Assembly: GCF_009834535.1 (NCBI RefSeq)
Contig: NC_045713.1
Location: forward strand, 23,436,001-23,500,000
Source of the DNA: Camelus ferus
Lineage: Eukaryota
DNA length: 64,000 bases
Direction of reading: 5' to 3'
Position 1 is the stretch's first letter, and every line of letters starts with the position of its first letter. Below are positions 45,766 through 59,004 of this stretch, piece after piece. A program made the position numbers and the translations under genes. Under the pieces are notes generated by a model. That model saw nothing but the letters and a program-made list of their open reading frames with translations, ran no database searches and was not told the DNA's origin.

Positions 45766-46767
45766 AGTTGGATTTGCAAGCATGTAAGATGTTTGCATTT
45801 TATTCTGGGTTGCATGGAAAGGCACTGAACATTTTACATGGGGTTTGGGCTGGATCATGATTTGCTTTACATTTTTAAAAGATCACTCTGTCTGTTATGA
45901 ACCGGTGGACAGGAGGAGGACAAAAATGGAATAAAGAGTAATCATCGCCCCAGAAAGAGGTCATAGTGCCCTGATGGAAGGTGATAGCCGTGGAAACAAA
46001 GTCCCGTGGGTGGGTGTGTTTTGGGTAAAGTGTGCAGAACTTATTTATGAACTAGATGAACCGAATGGACAGGGAGGGAAGGAGAAGATGAAAGAGAATT
46101 CCTAGGTTTTTTTTTTTTTTTCCAGTAACAAATAGGCTACCTCTCCAGTCTTCCAGGTGCTCCCACTAAAGTGAGGAAAAACAAATATGTATATTGTGCT
46201 CATTACAATGTTCTCTCATAAACACATGTACCAAATGTGGCAGCGCTGAGGAGAGCGAATAATTCTTTCAGGGGAAGTCACGGGATGTTGCTCAGAGGCT
46301 GTAAAATTTTTGAAGCATCAGTAGGACTTTTCTAAATGGAGAAGGAGCTCAGATTCCTGGTTTATAAAAAGAGGAAGTGATAGGAAGTAATCCTTCTTCA
46401 ATATTTTATACTGTTGCCAAGGAAAATTATGCCCAGAGTGATTCTGTCCTATGTCTTGAGTGGGAAGCTAGGCTAGGCATTCTCCAAACTGTTGTCTTTG
46501 AAAAGACTGTTTTCTAAATTTGTGGACCAGAGCAGCCTTTTGCTGGTAAAGCTGTGTTTAAGATGTTTTGTGAGTGTTTTAACTTAAAAGAAGTTCCTGA
46601 GTCTTGTTTTTTTATTGAATTTCAAATAAGCATGCGTTGTAAGAAGTATAGTTACGTAGTATTTCTAGGTAATTGTTTTCTGGAACAGAGTATCTTAATT
46701 ACATCAAATCCTATAGTTTGATAATAATAATGTAGTTTCACTAAGAAACTAAGGGGTAAAAAATTTT

Positions 46768-47067
46768 TTTTCCCTTTTTTAAAATAGAAGTGTAGTCAGT
46801 TACAATGTGTCAATTTCTGGTGTACAGCATAATATTTCAGTCATATATATATGTATATTCATTTTCATATTTTTTCATTATGAGTTACTACAAGATATTG
46901 AATATAGTTTCCTGTGCTATACAGAAGAAAGTTGGTTTTTTATCTGTTTTATATATGATAGTTAATATTTGCAAATCTCGAACTCCCAATTTATCCCTTC
47001 CCACCCCCTTCCCCAGCCCCGCCCGGTAACCATAAGTTTATTTACTATGTCAGTGAGTCTGTTTCTG
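46768..47067 (-). mobile_element. Young L1 3' end with TSD
   Basis: L1 tail gaagtgtagtcagttacaatgtgtc.... TSD ggggtaaaaaatttt (46753-46767) and gaggtaacaaatttt (47068-47082), a 13/15 match. Confidence 0.88.
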
Positions 47068-48441
47068 GAGGTAACAAATTTTAGATTGTTCATCTGGATC
47101 TCGGGAGCAAGAATTGCTGTTTCCATTTGTGTAAATACAAAGATATAAAGTTAAAGTTAAATTTCGTCATATCCTATGCAATCTGAAAGGTCAAAATATA
47201 TGGTCCTGATGGCATATGGTAATATTGCCTTTGCTTCAGTCCCAGTGGTGTGGAATGTCCCCCTGGGGACTTAGAAGACTGCCCCCTTTAATGGGATACA
47301 GACAGTGACTCAGAGTAGATGGAGTTCTATAAATACTCAAGGGCCCTCCACATTGGGACCTTGAGAAACTAGATGTTATGTTAAATTCCCTTCTTCCTTT
47401 GTGGGGATTAAAAAACATCTCTCAAATTGACAAGAAAATTGGGTAATAAATTAATCGCTTACAGTTTAGTAAACCATATGCACAATTGAAGTTGCACGTC
47501 ATGGGCGTATTTTTATCAGATGAAACACCGGATGAGGGAAAAACCATCCGACCCACCCTCTTCTGCCAGGAAAGAACAATGGACTGAAGTCTTTCATAAT
47601 TGCTTGTTTCAAGATGCTCATTAAATCAGGCATGCAACTCCTGTCTTCTGTCTCTAAGGGATGGTGGGCAGTAGACCGGGACAGAACTAGGCAGGGACGC
47701 TGAAGTGAATTGAGCAGTCTCCCTCACCTCTACTTTCTTTGAAATTTATGTTTGGAAAGTTTTAGCAGTGGATATAGTTTGTGGCCAGCTGCTTTTTACT
47801 TTTTGACTGGTGGAGTTGGTATGGATCTTAGCCTACCATATGTAGATGCAGAAAATGTCACATCATTTTATTTCCCTAAGTAAAATTAAATGGTTCTGAG
47901 CATCCAATCACCGGAGTTTGGAGAAATTCCATTGTAGTTGTCTGTGGGGCTTGGGGATAGACCCTGTCACCTTGGAAATACTGTACAGACATTCATCGGT
48001 GGAGCTTATGGATGCTTGGAATATAGGTAAAGTCCATTAGACTATGGGGACATCGTGGGTGTTACTTTACAGTTCATTTGAAATGGGACAGCTCTGGTAA
48101 TTCTGTGCCACTCCTGGAACAGGGGACCTTTGTTGATGCTCCGATGCTCACCTCTACATATCCAAATCCTCGAGGACCTGCCAAAAGCCCCACACCCTTC
48201 TGGGTTGCCTTTCAGTCTCAGAGAATCTCCCCTTTCTCAGAATTCACTGCTTCTGCCAGCCTCCCATCATCTGTTTCCTTCCATCTTTTCCTGCTTTCTC
48301 ACCATCCCACATAGTCTCTGCTCACTGTTTCTTTGGACACACAGTCCTGTCCTCTTTCGTGGGTTTCAGCTTTGGGGAAGGAAGTAGAGGCGTTTCACCT
48401 GGCTGATCATGTTCTGCTAGTACTCTGGGTGTTTTATGGGC

Positions 48442-48572
48442 AAGGGGACCAGTTCGCTCATTGTCTTAAGTGGAACGTGGTTGAATAGAAAGGGGGCTCA
48501 TTTTCATAACTATACTGGGAAGCTGGCTTACCTGGAACTGTCCCGGGCAACCTGGGAATTAGAATCACCTTA
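48442..48572. mobile_element. hAT-Blackjack MITE (MER94-like)
   Basis: aaggggaccag...gaaagggggctcatt...ctggaactgtcccgggcaacctgggaattagaatcacctt resembles recalled MER94, with agggtgacc / ggtcaccct terminal inverted repeats. Confidence 0.55.
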
Positions 48573-50089
48573 TGTAAGGAAGGAAGAGACAAAGTAGGGG
48601 AAAGAATCTTGTTTTCAGCAAGCATTTTGAGAAACGACTTCGTTTTGGAAACTGTCTACAAGACTCTACAAATGTCACTGTGTTACCGATGTATGTAACA
48701 TCATGAGATGCAGGCAAACATGGCTGGGCTTATCAGATGCTCTCAACAGTGCAGATGTGTCCACAGATGTGCGTTTCCATCCTCAACCTTGAAAATTGGG
48801 GGATTCTGAGTTCAAGTTGGGCTCAGATATTGACTCTCCATTTGACCTTGAACAACCTGCTCAATTTCATAGTATGTGTCTGCTCATCTGAAAACAAAAG
48901 GGAGAATGCTGATCCAGGCATATTGTGAAGATTAATTAGTTTCCGAAGTGCTGAGATCAACAGATGAAAGGCTCTGAGTGGTAATTATTTTGTTTTTAAA
49001 GGAATTATTGATGTGCGTGAATAAAAGAGAATTTACTGAACTGAATTATAGGTGCTTGTCTACTGGTGGGAGTGCGGGAAGAAAGAATTTGACTTCTCTC
49101 GAAGAACCTGAAATTCACCGCCAAAATAGCAGTGGGAAAATTGGTTTTTTTTTTTTTTTTTTTTTTTTTGTGATTCAGAAAGAATGAGAAATTATGTGAA
49201 GGAAAAGAGAATAACAGGAGAATCTATGTAGTTAAGACACATTTCAAAGTAACTTTCATGGATAAACAACTAGGTACCAAAAAAAAGCTCTGCCATGCCA
49301 ATTCTCTGTGATTAGGTCGTTAGCCAAACGCTCGTAAACTAAAATGGCTCAGCCAAGATCCCCCCAAAGAGGCCTAATGGCCCATATGTCATCAGTGGGA
49401 CGATCAGGTTAGGAATGAGAAACTCTTCATTTAAAAATCCCACATTTACTCACACTTTTGAGTGTGTTACTATTTACAGTCAGTTTTGCTCTTGTTACAC
49501 TTGTTTTTCTCTCAAATAAATACTATTATTGCACCTGATGTACAAGACAGAAAAGGGAGAATCAAGGAACTTGAATGACCAGTCAATAGTCATTTGGTTA
49601 GTTAAGCAGTACAGGCAATACTCTGGCCAAGGGCTTCTGACTCAAAAGATTCTGATCATTCCATTATAATGGAAAAATCTACCAAGGATGCAGTGATATC
49701 CAGACAGCATATGGAAATTAATTATTTCCTAAGGATCACAGGAGAATTGGAATGGAGACAAGATATTTTTGTGAAGGGAAATCAAATATTCTGACTATTA
49801 AACTAATGCAATTTTATCATAGAAATGGTGGGAAATGTCAACAGAGTAGAATTTAAAAATTCAAAGTCCCCTGTGTCAAGTAGAAACTCGAAGTTATATT
49901 TCTTCTTTGTCTTTTATTCATGCATTTTTATAATATAGTTGTAGTTATGCTATTATTACAGACTTCCTACCTTGTGGCAGTTGCATGGTTATCTCGGTCT
50001 TTTCCTTATATTTTAGAGATTTAGTGTCCTCTGTTAATAAAATAAAATAAATAAAATGATTAGATTTTGAAAAGAAATAGAAAAATATA

Positions 50090-53000
50090 ACCCAGAATCA
50101 TGAGGCAGAAAGTTAATCCTGTCATATCCAAGATGCTGAAATTAGCAGACTTTAAAACAGCTGTTATACAATTGAATAGGCATTTGAAGAAATGCATAGT
50201 CATATAAAAGTGAATTTTTTAGAATAAAAAATAAAATATTTGAAATAAAAGCTTCCCTGGGTGGGTTTAATAGCAGAATGAAGGAGGCAGCGCGATAGAT
50301 TGGTGAATGTAATATAGATTACTATAAATTATTTAGTCTGAGGAACAGAGAAATATGATTAAAATATTAATAGACCAGTGACCTGTGGGATGGCATCTAG
50401 AGGTGTAGCCTACAGGGAATTAGAGTCCCAGAGAGAAGAGAGGTGGGATGATGTGTAAATAATAGTTGAAATCTCCCCAAATTTGGTGGAATGCTTCAAA
50501 GTTAACAAATTCAAGAAGCTCAGGAAATCTCAAGCAGGGTAAATACCAAAAAACCATACCTAGTGTGATTTTGATATCCACATCATAGTCACAGTGATAA
50601 AGGCAAAATATTTTAAAAAATCGTCAAAGCAGGCAGAAAAAGAAAAGAAATACATATAGGGAGCATCACAGCACTGATAATGGTCACCTTCTCATCAGAA
50701 ACAATTGAGGTAAGAAGACAATAGTATGAGGTTTTAAATGATTAAATAAGGAAGAAATCTGCCAACCCAGAAGTTTATATTCATCAAAAATGTTCTTCAC
50801 GGAAGAAGGTGCTATAAAGACATTTTTAGACAAGACCAGAGATTTCGTCACCGCTAGGCCTGCACTGTAAGAAACATGTAAGAAGGCTCTTCAGGCTGAA
50901 AGGAAATGCCTCCAATTGAACTATTTAAAGACAGGAATGTAGAGCACTGGACATGATATATATGTGGATAAATACAAAGGCTGTAATATTTCTTATGTTA
51001 TTTTTGAGAACGCACAAACTGTTCAAAGGAAGAATGATATCACTGGGGGCCAAGTTATGACTTAGGTAGACATGAAGGGTGAGAGTTAAAACTGTATTGT
51101 TGAAAGCCCTTTGCCCTTGACAAGAAGTAGTCTTAATTTCATGATAAGTAGACCATGCTGTGTTAAGGATACATGTTTAATCTCCAGAGCAAATACTAAA
51201 AACAATACAAAGATGTATAGTTTAAAAGGCAGTGGAGAAACTAAAATGGAATAGTACAAATATCAGTTAACCCAAAAGAAAACCGAAAAGGAGGAACAGA
51301 GGAACAACAACAACAAAAATAAAGGACACACAGAAATAAAGAGCAAGTGTAAACTAAGTTCAACTGTACCGGCAACTACACTAAATATAAATAGACTAAA
51401 TACTCAAATTAAAAGAACAATCTTCCCAGAATGGCTTCTTTAAAAAGAGCCAACTCGATACTGTGTACAAGAGACCCACTTTAAATACAAAACACAAAAA
51501 CTCAAGTATTATTAAATAATAGGACAGACAACAATGTACATAATAAACATAGCAAGCACAGGAAGAACCTGAATGGCTATATTATTATCAAAACAGTACA
51601 TGTCAAAGTAAGTTATATTACCAAACATGAATGGAACATGTCATAATAAAAAAATACAAAGTCATCAGCCATGCACAACAGTTATAACTGTTCATGACTC
51701 ATAACAGAGTTTCAAATAAATGAGACAAAAATGTACAGAACAGACAAAAAGTATCAGTAAGGTGTAGATGCTATGAACAGCACTGTCTAACAACAACCTA
51801 ACGACATTTGTAGGACAGTATACCCAACAGCTGCAGAATATACACACTTTTCAAGTGCACGTGAAATATTCTCCCAAGATAGTTCACATTCTTGGGCATA
51901 AAGCAAATCTTAATCCATTTCACATTTTGAAATATTATTGAGCATATTTTCTGGCAATCATTAAATTAGGAGTCAGTAATAATAACATATCTAGAAAATT
52001 CCCAAAGTTTTGGAAATTAAATAGCACACTTCTGAATGACCCTTGGATTAAAGGAGCTACCACGGGGGAAATTATATTTTGAATTGAATGACAGTGAAAG
52101 ACANNNNNNNNNNNNNNNNNNNNNNNNNNNNNNNNNNNNNNNNNNNNNNNNNNNNNNNNNNNNNNNNNNNNNNNNNNNNNNNNNNNNNNNNNNNNNNNNN
52201 NNNNNNNNNNNNNNNNNNNNNNNNNNNNNNNNNNNNNGGTTGCATATATCTTTCCAAGNNNNNNNNNNNNNNNNNNNNNNNNNNNNNNNNNNNNNNNNNN
52301 NNNNNNNNNNNNNNNNNNNNNNNNNNNNNNNNNNNNNNNNNNNNNNNNNNNNNNNNNNNNNNNNNNNNNNNNNNNNNNNNNNNNNNNNNNNNNNNNNNNN
52401 NNNNNNNNNNNNNNNNNNNNNNNNNNNNNNNNNNNNNNNATTCCTCGTCTTTTTAATAACAGCANNNNNNNNNNNNNNNNNNNNNNNNNNNNNNNNNNNN
52501 NNNNNNNNNNNNNNNNNNNNNNNNNNNNNNNNNNNNNNNNNNNNNNNNNNNNNNNNNNNNNNNNNNNNNNNNNNNNNNNNNNNNNNNNNNNNNNNNNNNN
52601 NNNNNNNNGTTTGTTTGTTGTTGAGTTGTACGAGTTCTTTATAAATTTTGGATATTAACTCCTTATCACATATATACTTTGCAAATATTTTCTCGCATTC
52701 AGTAGGTTGCCTTTTCACTTTGATAATGGTTTCCTTTGCTGTGCAGAAGCTTTTTAGTTTGATATAGTCTCATTTGTTTAGTTTTGCTTTTGTTTCCCTT
52801 GCCTTTGGAATCAGATCCACAGACACATCCCTAAGATGGATGTCAGTGAGGTCACTGCCTATGTTTTCTTCCAGGAATTTTGTGGCTTCAGGTCTCAGGC
52901 ATAAAAAAGAAAGACATTCTACCATTTGTGACAACATAGACAGAGCTTGAGGGTATTATGCTAAGCGAAATAAGTCAGACAAAGAAAGACAGATACTATA

Positions 53001-53530
53001 TGATTTCACCCGTATGTGGAATCTGAAACAAAAAAGTAAAAGCCCACAAAACCAGTGAGCAAACAAAATAAAATGTAAACTCATGGATACAGAGAACAGG
53101 TCACTAGAGGGGAAGGGGGTTGGGAGTGGTGAGTGAAATGGGTAAGGGGGGGTCATCTCTATGGTAATGGATTATGACTGGGCTTGCGTGTTGATCACTC
53201 TATAGTGTACACAGGTGTTGAACTATGCTAGTGTACACCTGAAACTTATGTAATGAATAATAATAAAATATGTACTTTTAATCCAGCCATCCCAGGGCTT
53301 CGATTTTACCTATGGATATTAAAGTTCCTCGGGATATGCAAAAAAAAATTATGGGGTGCAGCTAAAGGACAGAGGGGAGGTATAGCTATAAATACTGTCA
53401 GTTCATTGCTTTGAGTGTCAGAATGATTTAAAGTGAAGAATCCAAGTTTCCACTTGAAGAACCGAGAAAAAAGAAGATTAAGTAAAAAGAAGGAAAGAGT
53501 ATAGATTAAAAAATAAAAATAAGTAATCAT
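50090..53530 (+). mobile_element. Old L1M fragment (ORF1 C-terminus, inter-ORF region, ORF2 endonuclease region), split by a younger L1
   Basis: gagatttcgtcaccgctaggcctgcactg resembles ORF1 REFVTSRPAL. actacactaaatataaatagactaaatactcaaattaaaaga resembles ORF2 TLNVNGLNTPIKR. ggaaattaaatagcacacttctgaatgacccttgg resembles WKLNNTLLNDxW. Similarity resumes at ~53333 with ttatggggtgcagctaaag (LWxAAK) and agtttccacttgaagaa (SFHLK). Confidence 0.8.
52104..53268 (+). mobile_element. L1 with 5' inversion (twin priming) nested in the older L1
   Basis: Antisense ORF2 piece at 52238-52896 ([33 protein letters not shown]...AVIKKTRN...WKDICN) joins at ~52897 a sense 3' end cataaaaaagaaagacattcta...tgtacacctgaaacttatgtaatgaataataataaaa. 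Confidence 0.85.
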
Positions 53531-53599
53531 CTGTAGTGTCTGGTTATATTGGGTTTAAATTGGGAATAGCAATATGATTTAGGCTTATTGATTTATACA

Positions 53600-54120
53600 G
53601 ATGGATCTAAATGTTTAGTGGACCTAGAGTCAGTGAGACTCCCCAGAACAGTGACTGTGCCTTTGCCAGTGGGGCAAGGTCAGGAGAAAGATGGAAAAGG
53701 GGCAGTGGCGTGGAAGAAGGCAGTAGAAAAAAGCATTTGCTTCTGAGACCTAGCACCCACATCTTGGTTTCTAAATACCATTTACCACCGAAAGGAACCA
53801 GGACTCAATGGAGAAAAGTCTGGTTCTTGAATTGGGACAGGGAAAGGACAGTATGAACCTGGAAAATCTGTGGGGTTCTCTTTTATTTTATTTTATTTTA
53901 TTTTTTGCCAGAAAGAAAGGAATTGCCCAAAGAATGACGGGGGCTTGTCAAAAAGACACAGACACCAGCTTCAAGGGACTTCCAGTGGGCAAATCTGGGA
54001 CAATTTGAGTTTCAAAATAAACAGAAGAGTAACAGATTTTAGTCCATTGAATGTAATGTGAATACCTGAGTGCACACTGATACAAATGAATGAATGAATA
54101 TGTAAGAGTGAGAAGGGAAA
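53600..54120 (+). mobile_element. L1MC/L1MD-type 3' UTR relic
   Basis: cccacatcttggtttctaaataccatttaccaccgaaaggaaccagg...cagcttcaagggacttccagtgggcaaatctgggacaatttgag...aatacctgagtgcacactgatacaaatgaatgaatgaat. Confidence 0.7.
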
Positions 54121-55599
54121 TTTCTTCTTACAACATAAACATGACTACCAACTTATAGTCACAACTCACATCTGCCAAGCCTGACAGCGCCCTCACCGAC
54201 ATTGGACTAGTATCATTTTTAAACCTGCGCTAATTTGAAGGGCATGAAATGGCCTTTTATTTGGATTTGTAAACCTTGTGATAATTAGTGGAAGGCAACT
54301 TTTAGCCCAAGATACATAACTTATTTTTAACTAAAATATGATCACTATTTAGCCACTTTATAGCCTTCATTTACTTACTGCCCGTTTCACACTTCCTGTC
54401 CCGTAGAAGCCACTGTTAGTATTTCCAGGGTGACTTCATTGCTCTTAAACGTAGAGACAGGTGGAACTAGTCAGATGATTTTTAAACTGAGTTTCCTTAA
54501 GACACTGGTCTAAATGTCCTGTGGCTAAAAGTGATCTAACTTCATTATCTCCATTTAAATTTATTTTTTAAGGTATAGAAGTAATTGCAAAATGGAAAAC
54601 ATTAAACTACGTAAGATAGTATAACATTTTTAAAATAGGAAATGGACATTTCTTGATCATCTATATGCTTATAGGATCTATTTTATATTTATGTGACACT
54701 ATTATTCCTACTTTACTGATGAGAAGAAAAAAATACTCAAAAGAGGTTAACAGCCCAGAGCTGGTCGTGGCTGAGCTGGATTAGCTAAGTTGGCAGAAAT
54801 GTGAAATCTTGTCTTTGGTGTCACAATGGTAGGAGGAAATGAAATGAACATGGATATTTAGGCTAATTGTTTCCCAAACCAAACAAAAACAAACAGATTT
54901 GCTCTTTTTTCTTCTCTTTCTTTCTTTTTTTTAATGCACTTTCACTGGAATTAAGTCCATATCTACCACAGGATGGTTGTGAAGTATTAAATACAATCTT
55001 TTTCTCCAAATAGCACCCAAAGAAAAGCTAAGTACTACTTGCTGCTTAGTGGTTTTTCATCTGCCCTTGACCTATACAGTTGTATTGGCTTCCTGTCCTC
55101 TGCCTTCTCCCCCACTGTCTGCACAGTACGCACATAGACACACACACATGTGCACACACCTTAATTATGCACTGATTCCATACATTTGTAAAACATGATT
55201 TGGATAATATGTTATAGTGAAAGCATTTGCAGGTGTATGTGTAATGTCAGTATTGAATGTTACTGCTTCTTTCTGGGGTTTCTGCTTTCCACTCAGACTG
55301 TAACCAGTTCTCTTTGCATGTCAATCCTGGAGCCCAAAGTACATGAGGGAAGAGGGTGGCTGTAGCCAGGTGCAATCGTGATGGAGGCAGTGAGCTGAGG
55401 TACGAAGGATGCTAATCAGAGCTTCCGTAGACACGGTTCGGGTGCATTAATATTTGGCGTTTTAAAATGTTCCCCCCTTGCCTTCTCACTTTCGTCCGTT
55501 TATTTGCTTGCTTGTTGATTTATTTACTTAATTCATGGGTTCGAGGCTCAGGTGTGAAAGGCCTTAGTGCCAGGGTCCTGAAAAGGACTGAGAACATGA

Positions 55600-55765
55600 G
55601 GCCTTTGACAACAGGTGCGGGGCCAGATGCCTCAGCCTTATCTAGGAACTTGTTAGAAACACAAAACCACAGCCCCTGATTCAGACCCAGTGGGTCAGAA
55701 TCTGCATTTTAACGAGACACCCAGGTAATTCGTAAGTGCAGTAAAATCTGAGACGTACTGCAGCA
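55600..55765. mobile_element. MER5A hAT-Charlie MITE
   Basis: ctaggaacttgttagaaacacaaa...cagacccagtgggtcagaatctgcattttaacgagacacccaggtaattcg. Confidence 0.8.
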
Positions 55766-55959
55766 GTTTCCTCCTGTTATCACAACCAAGCCTCTCGCTC
55801 AGGTGTTACGAACACAAGCAGCAAGGGGTGCTTTGCTTCTGCTGGTCTACCTCCAGTCTTACTGGAGATGTTTCTGATGAGTTGAACGGGTTGCTAATTG
55901 TTGGGCCTCTAAGACTTGAGAGGACCCTGGAGGGGCAGGGAGGCAGAGGGCCGTGTTCA

Positions 55960-56361
55960 GGCTCTGAACTGAACAGTGCCCCCTCCCCAGTCCAAACGTG
56001 GAACCCCTAAGCCCCAGTGTGACTGAATTTGGAGACGGGGCTTTTAGGAGGTAACTGAGAGTAAGTGAGGTCAAAAGGGTGGGATTCTAATCCAATAGGA
56101 TTGGTGCCCTTATCAAAAGGGGAAGGCTTTATAAGAAGGGAGAGAGAGAGCTCTCTCCCTCAGCCATGTGAGGACACAGCAAAGAAGGTGGCAGTCAGCA
56201 AGCCAGGAAGAGAGCCCTGACCAGAACCCAAACCTAACCATGCTGGCACCCTGATCTGATCTCAGATGTCCAGCCTCCCGAGCTCTGAGAGAACAGATTA
56301 TTGTTGTTTAAGTCACCCAGTCTATGGCGTTTCACCAAAGCAGCCCCGGCAAAGTAAGACA
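55960..56361 (+). mobile_element. MaLR solo LTR (MLT1A-like)
   Basis: gaatttggagacggggcttttaggaggtaactgag...catgtgaggacacagcaaagaagg...gttgtttaagtcacccagtctatgg...aagtaagaca. Near-TSD GTTCA (55955-55959) and GTTCT (56362-56366). Confidence 0.88.
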
Positions 56362-57194
56362 GTTCTGTTGCAAACCCACTGTTTTCTCCTACAGCACCTT
56401 GGCTCTGAAAGAGGGTTGGTGAGAGGACTGACTGTGTGGATTCTCTGCTCAGCATTATTTCAGGCCAGAGTGGCTTTTAGCCACTTCTCCTTCCCTCTTT
56501 TATGGTGCCCCGTGGTCTCGGTCTACTTGGAAGTGAAGGTTTTCAGGGGTACAGGGCTTTCAGTGATAGAACTGGGAGACGACCAGGCGCACTGGGATGG
56601 TTGGTCCCTGTCTCCTTTCCCAGATTCCTTCCTGAGCTCGAGTCCTTAGCTGCTCTAAGACCTTCACGCTGCCACGGAGAAGAGCAGATCCCAGCAGAGT
56701 CTGAAGGCACCTTGAAGGGGGACAATCAGACTGAAGTTTCTGGAACACCTAATCCTTAGATTATTCCCTTTGAAAGAGAAAAGCCTGGCCCTCAGGTTGC
56801 AGAGAATTAAGAATTGGCTGAGGGACCCAGAGTAGACTTCTTCTCTCGTCCTAGCCTCCTTTTAAAACCTCTAGCAAATTCTATAGGAAGAGTCCTAAGA
56901 CCACGCATAACTTAACTGCTAAATATTTATGCCTGTGTAACAGAGTGATTAAGAGGCTTGCAGTGAGCCTGGTCGTTGTCTCCTTTTTTTTTTTTTTTAA
57001 ACTATAAAACTTGTTTTAAATCTTGCAATCTACTCTATAACAGAAATATTTATCATTTTTATCAATGCTATTAAGACTCCTCTGATGTGTCTGCTAGCCG
57101 ATCACACAAGCAGAAATGGCTGGGTTTTTATTGCATGCTAAGGATTTTTTGAGTCTGGGCCATGAATCCTCCGGAGAATTGGATTCAGAGAGTC

Positions 57195-57540
57195 AATTAG
57201 TCATGGTAAGTTAGGTTACACTGCAGTAGCAAACTGACTTCCAAATCTCAGTAGCTTCGGGTGACCAAGTTTTTGTATGTCGGGGGTGGGTTGTGAAGGG
57301 CTCTGCTCCAAATAGTGACTTAGGGATTCAGGCTGTGGGGACGCTGCCCTCTCATAGCTGCATCATCTGGAATGCATCACTTCCTTTGTGCTGTGGTTGC
57401 AAGTGAAGCGCTTGGGTCAAGACTTGTGACATGATGCCACCCAACACAGGAGGTCTGGAGTTCAAGTTTCCTGTGGCCAGAAAGGGAAGGAAAAGCTGAC
57501 ATGGACCTCAGTAGTGGCTTCTCACACTAGGATCCAAGGG
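57195..57540 (-). mobile_element. Old MaLR LTR (MLT1J/K/L-like)
   Basis: ttaggttacactgcagtagcaaac...ccaaatctcagtagctt...gggctctgctccaaatagtgacttagggattcaggctg. Confidence 0.65.
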
Positions 57541-59004
57541 ATGGACCCTCTGAAAGGCAGACTGTCTTGGTGCAGGAGAGGAAGTCATTGATTTGGGATC
57601 TGGCCCCTTTGCCCATGGGCTACTCTGATGTTGCTCCAGTCATTACAGGGGTTTATTTACTTATAACAAATAAAACAGATAAAACACCAGGGTGGCCAGC
57701 TGCCTTTATTGCAAAGTGTAATGGTTTAACCCACTTTCCTTAGACTGAAGTTGAAAGTGCACAGGGATGGCGTGCGCTCTGTGCCCACCGTTCTCCACAC
57801 CTCAGATGCTCACATTCTGTGTGAAGGAAAGCGAAAACCCAGGTGAACCAAGGATTCAGCTGTATCTGGAGAAACAGGGTCCTCTGGTTTACAGCTGATG
57901 CCTCCTACGTGTCCCGGCAGAACACGCAGGCTCAGCGATGAATGCATCTCTCAACTTTTCCAAATGTGGTGATGCTAAAGACCATGTATTTTGCACCAAG
58001 ATGGCACCACCCAGTCCCATGCTTGTTAGTGTCATAAGATGATCAATTTTCACAGCATTTCTCTCAGCATCTAAGATTCTCTTTAGTGAAGCAACATCCA
58101 TTAATTCCATGCAGCCTCCTGTCTCCTGGGGATTTGCAGCCTTTCACCGCCATTGCCCCTTCATATAATCAAGCTGGAGTGGTGTCTACCTCCACAGAAG
58201 ACTTTAGGCATGTTTGGAAGCTGTGTACACAGTGTCACACTCTACCAGAAGAACATAAAATTTCGACCAGTACGGAAATCATTAATGCTATGGCGTTATT
58301 TGCTTAACAGCAAAATGGGGAAAAAAATTCTTTCCTACAAGAAAAGAATACATAATACCTTTAGGGTTATTTGGTCATTTGGATGTCAGTTCCTTCTCCT
58401 TTCTCCATTTGCTGAACTATTTTTGAAAATTGAGGGTTTTTTTTTTTTTTTCCTATTAAAGCACATTATTGATACTTGGCACCTCCACGGTAATAGAATT
58501 TTGAAGAGCTCATCCTGTTCCTATCCTGAGCCAAGTCGTGGATGGGTCAGAAAATGATGCTGGAGATTGACAATTCCGGGACACACATCATTCTGGGCGT
58601 GCGTTATTGGAAAGGGTGTTTGAAAGGCCATCTTTCTCTGTGAGGTCGGGGGCCATTTGGAGCTGGAAAACTTGCACGGGCCAATGGACGTTAGGGATGG
58701 AGAGTTGTACCGTGACTTGAAATGAACAGTTGTGTTCATTGCTGATCCACCTTCCGGCCGTGTGACTGTGGGCAGCACAGAACCTCTCCTTCTCATCTGT
58801 GAAATGGGGACTATAATGTCTGTCCAGCTTACTGACTTTACTCGGTTGCCGAGGTCCCAGGAAGGGAAACTATTTTGAGAGACGTTTGGACATGGTGAGT
58901 GGTCCACAAATACGTGGTGCTGTGGTTGGGTATCCGCGATAGGGAATGGCTGAGATCAGTGTGTGAGCGAAGTGGTCAGGAGTCCTCCATTTACTTGGCA
59001 AATG

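Noticed and set aside
48532-48568. 37-nt - strand exon candidate with a strong pyrimidine tract and GTAAGC donor
   Set aside because: The exon and its acceptor AG lie in the end of a MER94-like MITE, so it is most likely a pseudo-exon.
28155-52718. L1 ORF2-like ORFs (28155-28643, 42605-42817, 52017-52718) as CDS
   Set aside because: They are short C-terminal fragments of truncated or inverted retrotransposons; two are artificially extended by N-runs.
57889-58110. 73-aa - strand ORF with protein-like composition (MELMDVASLKRILDAERNA...)
   Set aside because: No recognisable family, flanking splice sites, poly-A tail or TSD. A BLASTp/tblastn hit would be needed to revive it.
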